Positions 52,535 through 60,562 of a stretch of 62,954 bases of DNA are shown here, in pieces; position 1 is the first letter of the stretch; every line of letters begins with the position of its first letter. Under the pieces are notes generated by a model. That model was given only the letters and a program-made list of their open reading frames with translations, was not told the DNA's origin and did not search any database. Source of the stretch: a virus (lineage: Duplodnaviria > Caudoviricetes); IMG/VR virus record IMGVR_UViG_3300035703_000093, positions 1 to 62,954 of that record. One strand, written 5' to 3'. The position numbers and the translations under genes are program-made.

Positions 52535-54724
52535 TTAGAGCGCGGGCTGGGGCGGTTCGGCGGGGGCGGGGCTGGCTCCGGGGGTGGGAGAGCCCGTTGG
52601 CGGCAGGAGAGCCATGAGGGGAGCGATGATGGCGTCGGCATTTTTGACCCCGTTGGCCTTGAGGATCTGGCGGAAGAGCGGGGCCAGGCGGGCCTGCACC
52701 TCGACGTTGGGCTGGGCGTAGAACGAGGTGGCGGCGGAGGCGGCCTGGGAGTTTTGCTGGAGTTCCTGTTCGCCACGATACTTGGTGAGCTGGAGATCGA
52801 CGTCGAGTGTGAGGTTCTTCACCTCGTCCGGGGTGATCTGGGCGAGGGAGCCGAGGTTGCCGTCGAAGAAGCGGAAGGTTTTTTCGGTTTGCAGGTTGGC
52901 GGCGGCGAGGAGCATCAGTGACTTCAACACGTCGCGGATGCCGCTGCGGAGGTCGGACACCATTTTGTCCGTGAGTTCCTGTCCGCTCTTTTCCAGGTTG
53001 CGGACGCCGGTGGCGAGCTTGGTGGTGTCGAGCCCGAGGGCCTGGCCGTCGTTGACGTTGCTGACGCCGCTCATGTTCATGGCGATCTGCATGAGGAACT
53101 CGATCATCTCACGCAGGGGCTGGCCTTTGGTGTCGTAGATGTCCACCTGCTGGACCGTCTCGGAGAGGGTCTTGCCAGGCTTGAGGTGGAGTGTCTCCCC
53201 GCCGTTGAGTTCGAGATCCGGGTTGGCCTCGCCTTCGGTGGTGTTTTCCGGCTGCCAGGCGATGATCTTGCCGCTGCGGGACATGGAGAACTGCCAGCGG
53301 TTGAAGAGCAGGTCGATGGCGGTCTGGAGGGGCTCAAACAGCTCGGCGAGGCCCTGGCCGTGGGCGCGGCCGGGGATCTTGTTGACGGAGGGCAGGCGGT
53401 AGGGGCGGCGTTTGTCCGGGGTGATGTTTTCGATGTAGTCGTAGAACAGCGGGGTGGTGCCGTCCCTCGTCATGATGAGGAGGATGTTACCCTGGTTGCC
53501 GGTGTTGAGCGCATCATACCAGAGGCAGAAGCGGGACCAGTTCACCTGGGGCTCTCGTTTGTCCTGGCCGATGCCATCGAGGGGCTCATTGAGATCTGCG
53601 CGGCCTTTGTTGGCGGCGGCGCGGGCCTCCGGGGTGGACACGGCTAGCAGGCGGTGAGTGAGATTGGCGACATACTCCATGACCTGATCGGGGGCCACGT
53701 CGTCGAGGGTGAGTAAACGGTGGACGAGGGTGATGAGAGGCTCGTCGTAGTGGTGGACGGTGGCGTCCGCGAGGTCGAGGTTTTTGCAGTTGAGCGGGTA
53801 GAGGAAGTCCGAGGGGAGAAGGATCTCGGCCTGGGGGCCTTCTTCCACAATCGTCCTGCGCCAGATGATCTGCGTCTGGTAGTTCTCGGTGCCGGGGTGA
53901 GGGGTGGTGCCGTCGCGTTTGAGCACGAGCTGACCGGTGGGCTGCATGAGCGGCTGACCGGTCTGGGGATCGGCGGCGGGCTGCTGGGTGGCGGGGTCGA
54001 TGACCGGGGCCTGGGCCTCGATGAACTGGTCCTCGCCCTGGATGATGACGTCGCCATCGGCTCCGGTGATGGGTTTGCCATCCGGGCCGATGAGGATGGC
54101 TTTTTCTGCCTGGTAGTAGCTGACGCGCTTCTGGTAGAAGAGCGAGACGGGGCACTCGCCGCAGATCAAGACGCGCTCGATGATGGAAGCGAGCGCGCTT
54201 TTGGTGTCGTTTTCGCTGTCGAGGACGTGGCGGAGCCATTTGTCGAGGCGGTCGGCGAGTTCCTGGTCCTCGATGCCGACATCGTAGGCGGCGAAGTAGG
54301 GGTCGCTGCCGAGGTAGTAGTTGATCATTCGGGCGATGACCTGCTGCAGGATGCGCCGGGTGAGAGGAATGTGGAGATTGGAATCCGCGAAGATGCCGCC
54401 GAGGACGGCTGGCCGCCATTCGAAGCGCATTTCATAGGACATGAGGGCCATGTGGCGGGTGTCGAGGTGTCGGCGGCGGAAAGTGCCGTCCTCCTCGAAG
54501 GCGGAGGCGTGCCAGTTGGGCGAGTCGAAGTCGCGCAGGCCCAGTTCTTCGCCCAGCTCCGCGGCGCGGGTCTTGGCGTGGAGCAGGAGGGCGTCCTCCT
54601 GGGCGCGGGTCATGGACCTGGACAGCGCTGAGGGGATGAGCACGCGAGGCTGGTCGGGGGCGGTCTCCAGGAGCGGCGGGAGCTTGGAGGCAAGGGCCTG
54701 GGCCTGTGGCAGAGCAGAATCCAT
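52535..54724 (-). CDS. Portal protein (P22-like)
   Basis: About 729 aa; PGRAHGQGLAELFEPLQ..ID; SGVSNVNDG; TKLATGV; Pro/Gln-rich insert and tail. Confidence 0.8.
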   Translation of the reverse strand: MDSALPQAQALASKLPPLLETAPDQPRVLIPSALSRSMTRAQEDALLLHAKTRAAELGEELGLRDFDSPNWHASAFEEDGTFRRRHLDTRHMALMSYEMRFEWRPAVLGGIFADSNLHIPLTRRILQQVIARMINYYLGSDPYFAAYDVGIEDQELADRLDKWLRHVLDSENDTKSALASIIERVLICGECPVSLFYQKRVSYYQAEKAILIGPDGKPITGADGDVIIQGEDQFIEAQAPVIDPATQQPAADPQTGQPLMQPTGQLVLKRDGTTPHPGTENYQTQIIWRRTIVEEGPQAEILLPSDFLYPLNCKNLDLADATVHHYDEPLITLVHRLLTLDDVAPDQVMEYVANLTHRLLAVSTPEARAAANKGRADLNEPLDGIGQDKREPQVNWSRFCLWYDALNTGNQGNILLIMTRDGTTPLFYDYIENITPDKRRPYRLPSVNKIPGRAHGQGLAELFEPLQTAIDLLFNRWQFSMSRSGKIIAWQPENTTEGEANPDLELNGGETLHLKPGKTLSETVQQVDIYDTKGQPLREMIEFLMQIAMNMSGVSNVNDGQALGLDTTKLATGVRNLEKSGQELTDKMVSDLRSGIRDVLKSLMLLAAANLQTEKTFRFFDGNLGSLAQITPDEVKNLTLDVDLQLTKYRGEQELQQNSQAASAATSFYAQPNVEVQARLAPLFRQILKANGVKNADAIIAPLMALLPPTGSPTPGASPAPAEPPQPAL

Positions 54725-54819
54725 GCCGGTCACGGTGGGTGGCAGAATGACGAATTGGCAAGCGGGTTTTGTTGCGATGTTGGGGGAAATGGGGTAGGGT
54801 GGGACGATAAAGGCCGCAG

Positions 54820-55014
54820 ATGAATGGTGACACTCCAATCGACAATGACTTTGAGTGCCCGGTGTGTGGCTCCGATTGCTTCGAGCTTTTCGAGGGCTAT
54901 TGCAAGCCTTGCCTCGACGAGAGGCAGCGTCAACTCGACGATCACAATCACAGTTTCTCCGAATGGGAGAGCCTGACCTCAGACCAAAAAGAACAACGAA
55001 TCAAAAACGGGTGA
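54820..55014 (+). CDS. Small zinc-ribbon protein
   Basis: CPVC...CKPC. Confidence 0.55.
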   Translation: MNGDTPIDNDFECPVCGSDCFELFEGYCKPCLDERQRQLDDHNHSFSEWESLTSDQKEQRIKNG

Positions 55015-55222
55015 CGGTGCCGTTTGCGTATAGAAATTCCAGTCTTGGATTTTGGCCTGATAGCAGCGAAAATGTCGCATGACTCCCCGCCGCTCCGGGC
55101 AGTTCCTTCCCGCCGTGTGAGCCACGTAAAAGCAGAGACCCCCGCGACTACTACCAACCAGGACAGGAAGAAAGGAAATCGCGGAGGTCTCAGGGAGGGA
55201 ACCCTCACCAAAACTCAAACAT

Positions 55223-55295
55223 GGGCACGTAGGTTAAAGGCAGACCACCATGGCTAGGCACCCCGGAAGTCTGGGTTCAATTCCCAGCGTGTCCA
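55223..55295 (+). tRNA. tRNA-like element with aberrant anticodon arm (pseudo-tRNA)
   Basis: Acceptor GGGCACG/CGTGTCC; D stem GGTT/GACC; T arm CTGGG-TTCAATT-CCCAG. The anticodon stem is mismatched and no CCA is encoded. Confidence 0.65.
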
Positions 55296-55420
55296 CACTG
55301 AGTTTCGATTTGAAACTACACTCATCATTTCACTTTTCAACACCATTCTGACCATCAAGCCACTCGCCAAGCAGGCGATCTAGCAGTGCCGCATGTTCAA
55401 GGTGGGTGTGCAAATCGCCA

Positions 55421-55455
55421 TTGACTTAATGACTTAAATATGTATTATGTAAGTC
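55421..55455 (+). promoter_or_regulatory. Sigma70-like promoter with GACTTA repeats
   Basis: TTGACT-16 nt-TATTAT. GACTTA occurs twice directly and once inverted (TAAGTC). Confidence 0.55.
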
Positions 55456-55458
55456 GTT

Positions 55459-55569
55459 ATGAGCAACAAAACGCCACCCGTCGGAACCTTCGCTGAACGC
55501 AAAGCCGCCTTCGATGCGGTGTATGACTACAAACTCTCCATCCTGCCGAAGGAGGATGGAGATGAGTAA
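55459..55569 (+). CDS. 36-aa peptide
   Basis: MSNKTPPVGTFAERKAAFDAVYDYKLSILPKEDGDE*, immediately after the promoter and overlapping the next start. Confidence 0.45.
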   Translation: MSNKTPPVGTFAERKAAFDAVYDYKLSILPKEDGDE

Positions 55570-55912
55570 GCTGGTGATAAGTCCGCCGCCTGGCTGTTTG
55601 AAAGCGTGGCAACGCGCCGCCGATGCGGCGGCGTTGCCGGTGGACAAGTGGGCTATCAAAGCCTGCAACACTGCCGCCGGTCACAGGCCCAGTAACACGG
55701 GGTTTCTCGGAGTCTCTGACTCCGCACCGAAGCGAATGGCCTTCCGTGTGAATTGGTCGGAAGGCGGTGTGAAGAAATCGACCACGATGGCCTACACGCC
55801 CGCCACGCGTGAGGAGCGGTTAAAAGAAGCCTTCGAGTTCCTCGAAGCCCGCGAACGTGGCGAGCCTCGGCCCCCAACGCGTCGAGGACGGAAGCCTTTG
55901 GAGAACAAATAG
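55562..55912 (+). CDS. RHH-like + AP2-like DNA-binding protein, stop inside attC6
   Basis: WQRAADAAALPVDKWAIKAC; NTGFLGVS...FRVNW; ends ENK* on GAGAACAAATAG. Confidence 0.6.
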   Translation: MSKLVISPPPGCLKAWQRAADAAALPVDKWAIKACNTAAGHRPSNTGFLGVSDSAPKRMAFRVNWSEGGVKKSTTMAYTPATREERLKEAFEFLEARERGEPRPPTRRGRKPLENK

Positions 55913-55953
55913 CTGACCGACCGCGGAGCGGGTCGGTCCAGCGCATGTTCGGG
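55900..55953 (-). other. Isolated attC-like site 6 (54 bp)
   Basis: Minus strand: CCCGAAC-ATGC-GCTGGACC-GACC..GGTC-GGTCAGC-TATTT-GTTCTCC. Spacers are 4 and 5 nt, one shorter than canonical. Confidence 0.65.
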
Positions 55954-55993
55954 GGTGGACAACGGCGGGGAGTGATGCCTATGAGGCGGGATT

Positions 55994-56788
55994 GTGGCGA
56001 AAAAGAAGAGCCAGCAGCCCCCTCAGAGCAACCGCACCGAGCCTGTGCCTGTGAGCACGGTGGCGGTGCCGTCGGCATTGGGCGAGGGCGAGGTGAGGCT
56101 CTACGACCTGCGCAAGAGCAGGCTGCCGGAGGTGGCGGTGCCTCCCCCGGAGATGGAGCTGGCGGAGTGGTCGTTCTGGCTGGTGCATTTCCCCTCCCGC
56201 CGCTGTGCGCCTGTGAAGGGGGACCGTGGCGAGGCGCTGGCTGCCATGAAAAAACTGGGGCGCGGGCAGGATATGGCGGGTGTTTTGCCTGCGAAACCGG
56301 CCAAAATCACGCGTGCGCGTGCGCGTGTGTGTGTGACCGATGAACCCGCCGGGGAGGCTGCGGAAGCCGGACACGGGGAGCCGAAGCCGCCGGCGAACCG
56401 GATGGCCTACACCTCGGTGCCGGAGGGCGCGGACTTTGACCAGGCGATGGCGCATGTGTTTCCGGTGGCGAGGTTGACGCAGCATTTTGAGCGGCTGCTC
56501 ATGGCGGAGGAGGATGTCTTTGACAAGGACGGGAACTGCACGGGGTCGAAGCCGGCCTTCGCGACGCAATTCCAGACGCTCAAGGCGCTGACTGAGTGGC
56601 ACCAGGGGCGTCCTCGGGAGCGCGAGAAGAAGAAGGACACGCGCCCGGTGCTTGGCATCCAGGAACTGCGGCAGAAGCTGCTCATCTCGCCGGAATACCG
56701 GCAGGCCATGCTGGAGATGATCCGTGACTGCGAGGCCCAGGCGGCGGCGATGGCGGGCAGCGGAACCAAACCACCGGCGGGAGGCTGA
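55994..56788 (+). CDS. Putative terminase small subunit
   Basis: Directly upstream of TerL; helical C-terminal half. Assigned by position only. Confidence 0.5.
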   Translation: MAKKKSQQPPQSNRTEPVPVSTVAVPSALGEGEVRLYDLRKSRLPEVAVPPPEMELAEWSFWLVHFPSRRCAPVKGDRGEALAAMKKLGRGQDMAGVLPAKPAKITRARARVCVTDEPAGEAAEAGHGEPKPPANRMAYTSVPEGADFDQAMAHVFPVARLTQHFERLLMAEEDVFDKDGNCTGSKPAFATQFQTLKALTEWHQGRPREREKKKDTRPVLGIQELRQKLLISPEYRQAMLEMIRDCEAQAAAMAGSGTKPPAGG

Positions 56789-56792
56789 GGCC

Positions 56793-58751
56793 ATGGCATA
56801 CAAGCAAATCTGCCACGACAACCTGACGAGCACGGGCACCATGCAGGCGGTGCATGCGGCGGAGCTGCGTGGCATGAGGGGGGAGACGCACGAGGATCTC
56901 GACCAGCTCGTGGTGCGCAGCCGTCCGGGGGCGTGGTTTGAAACGGAGGGGCACATCATCGACAAGGCCGGCGTGGAGCGTGGATCGCGCAGCCAGGAAG
57001 GCGCGGCGCTGCATGCGAACTGGCTGCAAAAGCGGCTGTTTGAGATTGCCCAGTGGTGTTTGGAGAACAACGAGCCGTGCCGGCTCCTCGTTTACAAGCC
57101 TCGTCAGAAGGGCTGTAGCACGGGCACGATGGCGCTGGCCTACTGGTGGAGCCGGAGGCAGCGGTCGAACTGCCTGCTCATGGGCGGCCAGTATTCGCAG
57201 GTGGAGAACCTGTGGGGTATTTTCAGCCACTACGCGTCTCGGGACAGTTTTGAGTGGGGGAACACCATCGACAAGCTGAACACGGACAGCGCCTCGTTCT
57301 CCAACGGGTCGGAGTGGCAGTGGGAGACGGCGCGAGATCCTGAGGCCGGGCGGTCGGGCACCTATCAGGTGGCCGTGCTCACGGAGGTAGCACGCTGGGC
57401 CGAGCAGGGCGTGGCGAATGCCTCAAAAGTCCTTAACGGCGTGCAGAACTGCGTGCCCAAACTGCCCGGCACGCTGGTCATCATGGAAACCACCGTCAAA
57501 GGAGGCTTCGGTGAGTTTTTCCTCAAGTGGTGCGGGGACAAGGACAAAAACGTGCCCGGTGCGGTGAGTTTCGAGGACTTCAAACGCGGCAAGCGTGGCA
57601 ACGGCTGGATCAAGGTCTTCGCCCCGTGGTTTGTGTTTGAGGACTCACGCATCGCGTGCCGTGATGAGCAGGAGGCGGCGGACATCATGGCGGGAATCGG
57701 GGCCATTTCCGAGGAGGAAAAGAGCGCGGAGCAGGAGATGATCCGGCGTTTTCGGCTGGGGCCGGAGCAGATCAAGTACTGGCGCGACGTGCTCATCAAC
57801 GAGTGCCAGCGCGATCCTGACAACCGGGACCGGGAGTATCCGCCGACGCCGGAGGCTGGATTCAAGAGCACACTGCCAGGACGGTTCAACCGCATCGGTC
57901 TGCGGAAACTGCGGGAGCTGGCGGAGAGGCAGCGGGATGCCATGCGGCGGGTCATTCTGGAGAATCCCAGCGGGGACCGGAAGAGCTATGTGCCGCGCAT
58001 TGTGCGCGAGGACAGCGATGCCAGCTACTACATCTGGGAGCCGCCGAAGGTGGGTTATCGCTATTTGCTGGCGGCGGATTTGGCGGCGGGCGAGGAAATC
58101 ACCGAGGGTGGTGACCGGGACTGCCAGACAGTGCTCGTCATCCGGCAAGGGTTCATGTCCGCCCAGCGGGGCGTGTGGATGCCTCCGAAAGTGGTGGCGA
58201 CGATCAAGCCCAACTGCCGGGTGGACCAGCTTGTGCTGGCTGACATGGCCTGGAGGCTGAGTCGCTACTATGGCGGGTGCTTGATCGTGCCGGAGGTGAA
58301 CTACGACAAGGGTTTCATCCGCGCCTTGCGGGACCGGGGAGCGCATCTTTACGAGCGGGAGCGTGCCGCGACGGAGAAGGAGGACCAGAAGCCGACGAAG
58401 AAGTATGGCTTCCTCACACGGGGCACGGATGGCGAGGGCATGCGCGGCTGGTGTATCGAGCGGCTGGCGGCGGCGATTCGCGAGTGGGACGTGCAGGGCA
58501 GCGGCATCGACTGCCCGGCGGAGTTCATCCTGGCCGAGCTTGAATACTTCATCCGCACTGAATCGGGCCGTGAAGAGGCGGCCCCTGGCAAGCATGACGA
58601 CTGGGTGCTGGCGCTGTGCATCGGCCTGGCGACGCTGGACGGGGCGACGCTTTACCGTGCGGAGGTCACGCGGAGCGCGGAGCCGGCGTATCGTGAGAAG
58701 CAGCGGCAGCGGGAGCTGGCGGCAAAGCGGGGGCAGCGCGGGATGAGGTGA
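56793..58751 (+). CDS. terL: Terminase large subunit
   Basis: YKPRQKGCST (Walker A), VLTEV (Walker B), IMETT, REYP, YLLAAD, VPEVN, HDDWV. Confidence 0.92.
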   Translation: MAYKQICHDNLTSTGTMQAVHAAELRGMRGETHEDLDQLVVRSRPGAWFETEGHIIDKAGVERGSRSQEGAALHANWLQKRLFEIAQWCLENNEPCRLLVYKPRQKGCSTGTMALAYWWSRRQRSNCLLMGGQYSQVENLWGIFSHYASRDSFEWGNTIDKLNTDSASFSNGSEWQWETARDPEAGRSGTYQVAVLTEVARWAEQGVANASKVLNGVQNCVPKLPGTLVIMETTVKGGFGEFFLKWCGDKDKNVPGAVSFEDFKRGKRGNGWIKVFAPWFVFEDSRIACRDEQEAADIMAGIGAISEEEKSAEQEMIRRFRLGPEQIKYWRDVLINECQRDPDNRDREYPPTPEAGFKSTLPGRFNRIGLRKLRELAERQRDAMRRVILENPSGDRKSYVPRIVREDSDASYYIWEPPKVGYRYLLAADLAAGEEITEGGDRDCQTVLVIRQGFMSAQRGVWMPPKVVATIKPNCRVDQLVLADMAWRLSRYYGGCLIVPEVNYDKGFIRALRDRGAHLYERERAATEKEDQKPTKKYGFLTRGTDGEGMRGWCIERLAAAIREWDVQGSGIDCPAEFILAELEYFIRTESGREEAAPGKHDDWVLALCIGLATLDGATLYRAEVTRSAEPAYREKQRQRELAAKRGQRGMR

Positions 58752-59190
58752 TGGATTGCTCCTCGTCTTCGATGGCCTGCAATTCGGCGGTGAGTTCATC
58801 CTCGTCGATCAAGATCAAGGTGTCGTTATCGAACCACTGCAAACTGCCGCTTTTAGGTTGGAGTGAAGCCTCCTGGTGCTTGTCGTTTGGTGCAGCAAAC
58901 TCGTGTTTTTTGAGCGTCCAATGGTAAGGAGGGTGGCGCTGGCCTGCTGGTAGGTCACTTTTGTCCCCTTCTCCTATGATTTTAAGCGTGGCGGCATCAA
59001 CCAACTGCCACCAATCCACTTCCAGGGATTGCAGATGCTTTTCGGCGGCTTCGGGACTGGGAAAAACACCACACATGTCTTTCAATCCTCTCTTTGGGTA
59101 ATAATCACTGCCGGCGAACAGGATGAGCCGTGCGGTTTCTTCCAAGTTGTGGAATGTCCGTGTTTTGGTGGAGGAAGGGGGCGTTTCCAT
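58666..59190 (-). CDS. Inserted hypothetical protein (moron-like)
   Basis: LFAGSDYYP..GLKD...DWWQLVD; lower GC; antisense to its neighbours. Confidence 0.6.
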   Translation of the reverse strand: METPPSSTKTRTFHNLEETARLILFAGSDYYPKRGLKDMCGVFPSPEAAEKHLQSLEVDWWQLVDAATLKIIGEGDKSDLPAGQRHPPYHWTLKKHEFAAPNDKHQEASLQPKSGSLQWFDNDTLILIDEDELTAELQAIEDEEQSITSSRAAPALPPAPAAAASHDTPAPRSA

Positions 59191-59270
59191 TCCGGAACCT
59201 ACCACGTCCGGTGAACGTCGCAACAAATCCCGATTGACAGTTTGAGGCAAGGATGCCTCCCATCTGCGGC

Positions 59271-60518
59271 ATGTTTGCGGTTTCAACCCACACAGCCCCG
59301 CCCCCAGCCGACACGGTCCAGCCTGTCGCAGGAGCACCCACGTCCGCACCCGTCTCTCCGGCGGGTGACAACACCACCCCCAACCCCAACGCAAATCAAC
59401 CGGCTGCTACTTTGGAGACGCAGGCTGGAGCGGGAGGGGGCGTGGACTTCGAGAAGATGGATGCCAATGCCTACGAGCGCTACATCGAGAGCCTGCCTGA
59501 TGACGGCGCGGTGATCGAGTCCGACGACCTGGACAAAGGGTCTGCGGCGGCTCCGGCGGCCACTCCTGCTGCTGCCGCGCCTGCGGCGGCCCCTGCTCCC
59601 CCACCGCCCGAGGTCAAGCCCGGCGAAGGCACGGAGCACGAAGAAGGGATTCTGGCTCCGGGAAAACTGCCGGCGAGGCTCAAGGTGCCGACCGATGACG
59701 AGCTTTCCTTCCACACGGCCCGGTTCTTCAAGGAATCGCGGCAAAGCGGAGGTAAGATGACCTTTGGCGAGGCGGAAGCCCTGGCGAAGCAGTTTTTGGG
59801 TCTGGGCGGTGACACAGCGGCTCCGGCCGCAGGTGCCACGGCTGAACCTGGGGCCGCTGAACCGGCGGCGACACCCACGGAGGCCCCGGCAACGGGGCGT
59901 CTGGCGGAGCTGAACCAGGCTTTGGAAGCCGCCACGACCGCCTTTGAAGAGGCGTCGGGGTTGTTTGATGCCAATGCCCAAGGCAAGGCCCTGCGGGAAA
60001 TCAACCGGCTCAACCGGGAGATCGCCCAGGCCACGGTGGAAGCACAACGCGACGAGGCCGCAGCGGTGACGCAGCAGGCCGCCGCGCAGGAGGCTTTCAT
60101 GCAGCAATGGCAGGCCACCGAGGCGCAGGTGCATGGGATGTTTGCCCATGCCAAGGCCGCCGACCCGGCCAGCCCCCTGCACCAGAGAGCCGCCGAGATC
60201 CAGGCCAGCTACCGCGACAGCCAGGACCCAGCCATGCAGGCGATCTATAACAGCCCGAACAGCGTGCTGTTGTATTTCACCCAAGCTGCCGCCGAACTCG
60301 GCATCCAGCCGTCTGCGGCCCCGGCCCCGGCGGTTGCCTCCCCACCATCTTCTGTCAAGTCCACGCCTCCCCCCGTTTCACGTCACGTCCCCGTCGGAGC
60401 AGCCCTGCTCGCCACCCAACAAAGTGGCAACAAACCGGCAGTTCCTGGAGGACTCAATCTCGACGCGATCACCACGTCTCATCAGCTCGAAGCGCTGATT
60501 GAGCGGATGGCCGCGTAG
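59271..60518 (+). CDS. Capsid scaffolding protein
   Basis: Acidic, Ala/Pro-rich, coiled coil; immediately upstream of the capsid gene. Confidence 0.7.
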   Translation: MFAVSTHTAPPPADTVQPVAGAPTSAPVSPAGDNTTPNPNANQPAATLETQAGAGGGVDFEKMDANAYERYIESLPDDGAVIESDDLDKGSAAAPAATPAAAAPAAAPAPPPPEVKPGEGTEHEEGILAPGKLPARLKVPTDDELSFHTARFFKESRQSGGKMTFGEAEALAKQFLGLGGDTAAPAAGATAEPGAAEPAATPTEAPATGRLAELNQALEAATTAFEEASGLFDANAQGKALREINRLNREIAQATVEAQRDEAAAVTQQAAAQEAFMQQWQATEAQVHGMFAHAKAADPASPLHQRAAEIQASYRDSQDPAMQAIYNSPNSVLLYFTQAAAELGIQPSAAPAPAVASPPSSVKSTPPPVSRHVPVGAALLATQQSGNKPAVPGGLNLDAITTSHQLEALIERMAA

Positions 60519-60562
60519 GGGCCGAGGCTGACAGGGGCCGCCATACCCCAAACACCACGATT

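Noticed and set aside
55330-55402. Left partner attC for the 55421-55912 unit
   Set aside because: A GCATGTTC end and a small hairpin exist, but L boxes and R complementarity could not be matched.
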